Source of the DNA: a virus
Taxonomy: Duplodnaviria; Caudoviricetes
IMG/VR virus record: IMGVR_UViG_3300025168_018227
Coordinates: 1-33,307 of that record
DNA length: 33,307 bases
Direction: 5' to 3' (one strand)
Shown here piece by piece: positions 32,319 to 33,307 of the stretch. A program made the position numbers and the translations under genes. Position 1 is the first letter of the stretch. Every line of letters begins with the position of its first letter. The notes beneath the pieces are model-generated. The model saw only the letters and a list, made by a program, of their open reading frames with translations. It made no database searches and was not told the DNA's origin.

Positions 32319-33307
32319 TGAGCGACGGCAAGATCGAAGCATTCACATTCGGCGAGCCTACGCCGGTGATGGATCGGTATGAAATGCTGTACACCGGCTG
32401 CTGGATGGCAGGCCAGGACTATTACGAACCACCGGTTGACCTGAGTGCTCTGGCAAAATCATATCGGGCTACTGCGCACCACGGCAGCGCGCTGCAGGTT
32501 AAGCGCAACATATTGGTGAAATCCTTCCAGCCCACTAAGTATCTCAGCCGTCAGGACTTTGCCCGCATGGCACTGGATTACCTGGTGTTTGGCAACCTTT
32601 ACGGCGAGATGATTACCAACAGGCTGGGTGGATTGGTAAAAGTCAAACCTGTACTGGCTAAGTATTGTCGCCGTGGAATCAAGCCAGAAACCTATTGGTG
32701 GGTGCACGGCTGGCTTCAAGCTGAAGAATTCTCACAGGGCAGCATCATCCACCTGATGGAGCCCGACCTGGACCAGGAACTTTATGGGGTGCCTGATTAC
32801 ATCGGTTCGTTGCAGTCGGCCTGGCTGAATGAAAGCGCGACACTGTTCCGGCGCAAGTACTACCAGAACGGAAGCCATGCCGGATTCATCATGTACATGA
32901 CCGATGCCGCGCAACAGCAGGGCGACATCGATGAACTGCGAACAGCTTTGCGCAACAGCAAAGGCCCAGGAAACTTCAAGAATCTGTTCATGTATGCGCC
33001 GAACGGGAAAAAGGATGGCTTGCAGGTAATACCGGTCAGTGAAGTCGCCGCCAAAGATGAATTCTGGAGCATCAAGAACGCGACCCGAGATGACCAGCTG
33101 GCAGGCCATCGCGTACCGCCTCAGCTCATGGGAATTATACCAACCAACAGCAGTGGCTTCGGTGATGCTGAAAAGGCCGCGAGGGTGTTTGCTGCTAACG
33201 AACTGGAACCCTTGCAGGAGCGTATGCTTGAAATGAACGACATCGCCGGCAAAGAGGTGCTGAAGTTCAAGCCTTATTCTCTGGGGGAGGTTGCTCCAGA
33301 ATCTTAG
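32315..33307 (+). CDS. Q: Portal protein gpQ (PBSX family)
   Basis: EAFTFGEP.PV; YEPPV; HGSAL.VKRNIL; QELYGVPDY; LNESATLFRRKYY.NGSHAGFI; HRVPPQLMGIIP.N..GFGD. Confidence 0.97.
   Translation: MMSDGKIEAFTFGEPTPVMDRYEMLYTGCWMAGQDYYEPPVDLSALAKSYRATAHHGSALQVKRNILVKSFQPTKYLSRQDFARMALDYLVFGNLYGEMITNRLGGLVKVKPVLAKYCRRGIKPETYWWVHGWLQAEEFSQGSIIHLMEPDLDQELYGVPDYIGSLQSAWLNESATLFRRKYYQNGSHAGFIMYMTDAAQQQGDIDELRTALRNSKGPGNFKNLFMYAPNGKKDGLQVIPVSEVAAKDEFWSIKNATRDDQLAGHRVPPQLMGIIPTNSSGFGDAEKAARVFAANELEPLQERMLEMNDIAGKEVLKFKPYSLGEVAPES

Larger units (their letters stand above)
1..33307. mobile_element. P2-like (phiCTX-type organisation) temperate phage / prophage, near complete; att and cos ends not in window
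   Basis: Full P2 head, tail, baseplate and lysis gene set in P2 order, plus integrase, Xis, CI, Ogr-like activator and primase/helicase. Confidence 0.96.

Noticed and set aside
1-33307. att core, cos site, tRNA or rRNA genes
   Set aside because: None recognised; the window ends exactly at gene stops, so att and cos probably lie outside

Overview
The whole 33.3-kb window is a nearly complete P2-like (Peduoviridae, phiCTX-type layout) temperate myophage or prophage. The host is probably a gammaproteobacterium (inference only). Left arm, minus strand: AntA/B antirepressor, tyrosine integrase, excisionase, small hypothetical genes, DksA/TraR finger, KilAC antirepressor, P4-alpha-like primase/helicase, a two-domain Ogr/Delta activator and three ribbon-helix-helix-like genes. 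These diverge from an S24-peptidase CI repressor. Between cI and tail gene D is an AT-richer, plus-strand accessory cassette of four genes: an FRG-domain protein, a membrane/TerB-like/WYL-like fusion, and a HipA-like kinase followed by a DUF3037-like partner. The FRG gene is bracketed by a 38-bp direct repeat that is the 3' end of cI itself. The right two-thirds is the canonical P2 morphogenesis set: D, U, T, E/E' (-1 frameshift), FII, FI, tail fibre and chaperone, I, J, W, V, S, R, lysis genes, X, L, M, N, O, and divergent P, Q. Three TTGT-N13-ACAA dyads mark the late promoters. No att site, cos site, tRNA, rRNA or CRISPR array was recognised. Family calls rest on motif recognition, not database searches. 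The best candidates for new biology are the accessory cassette (a putative anti-phage hotspot) and its cI-anchored acquisition signature.
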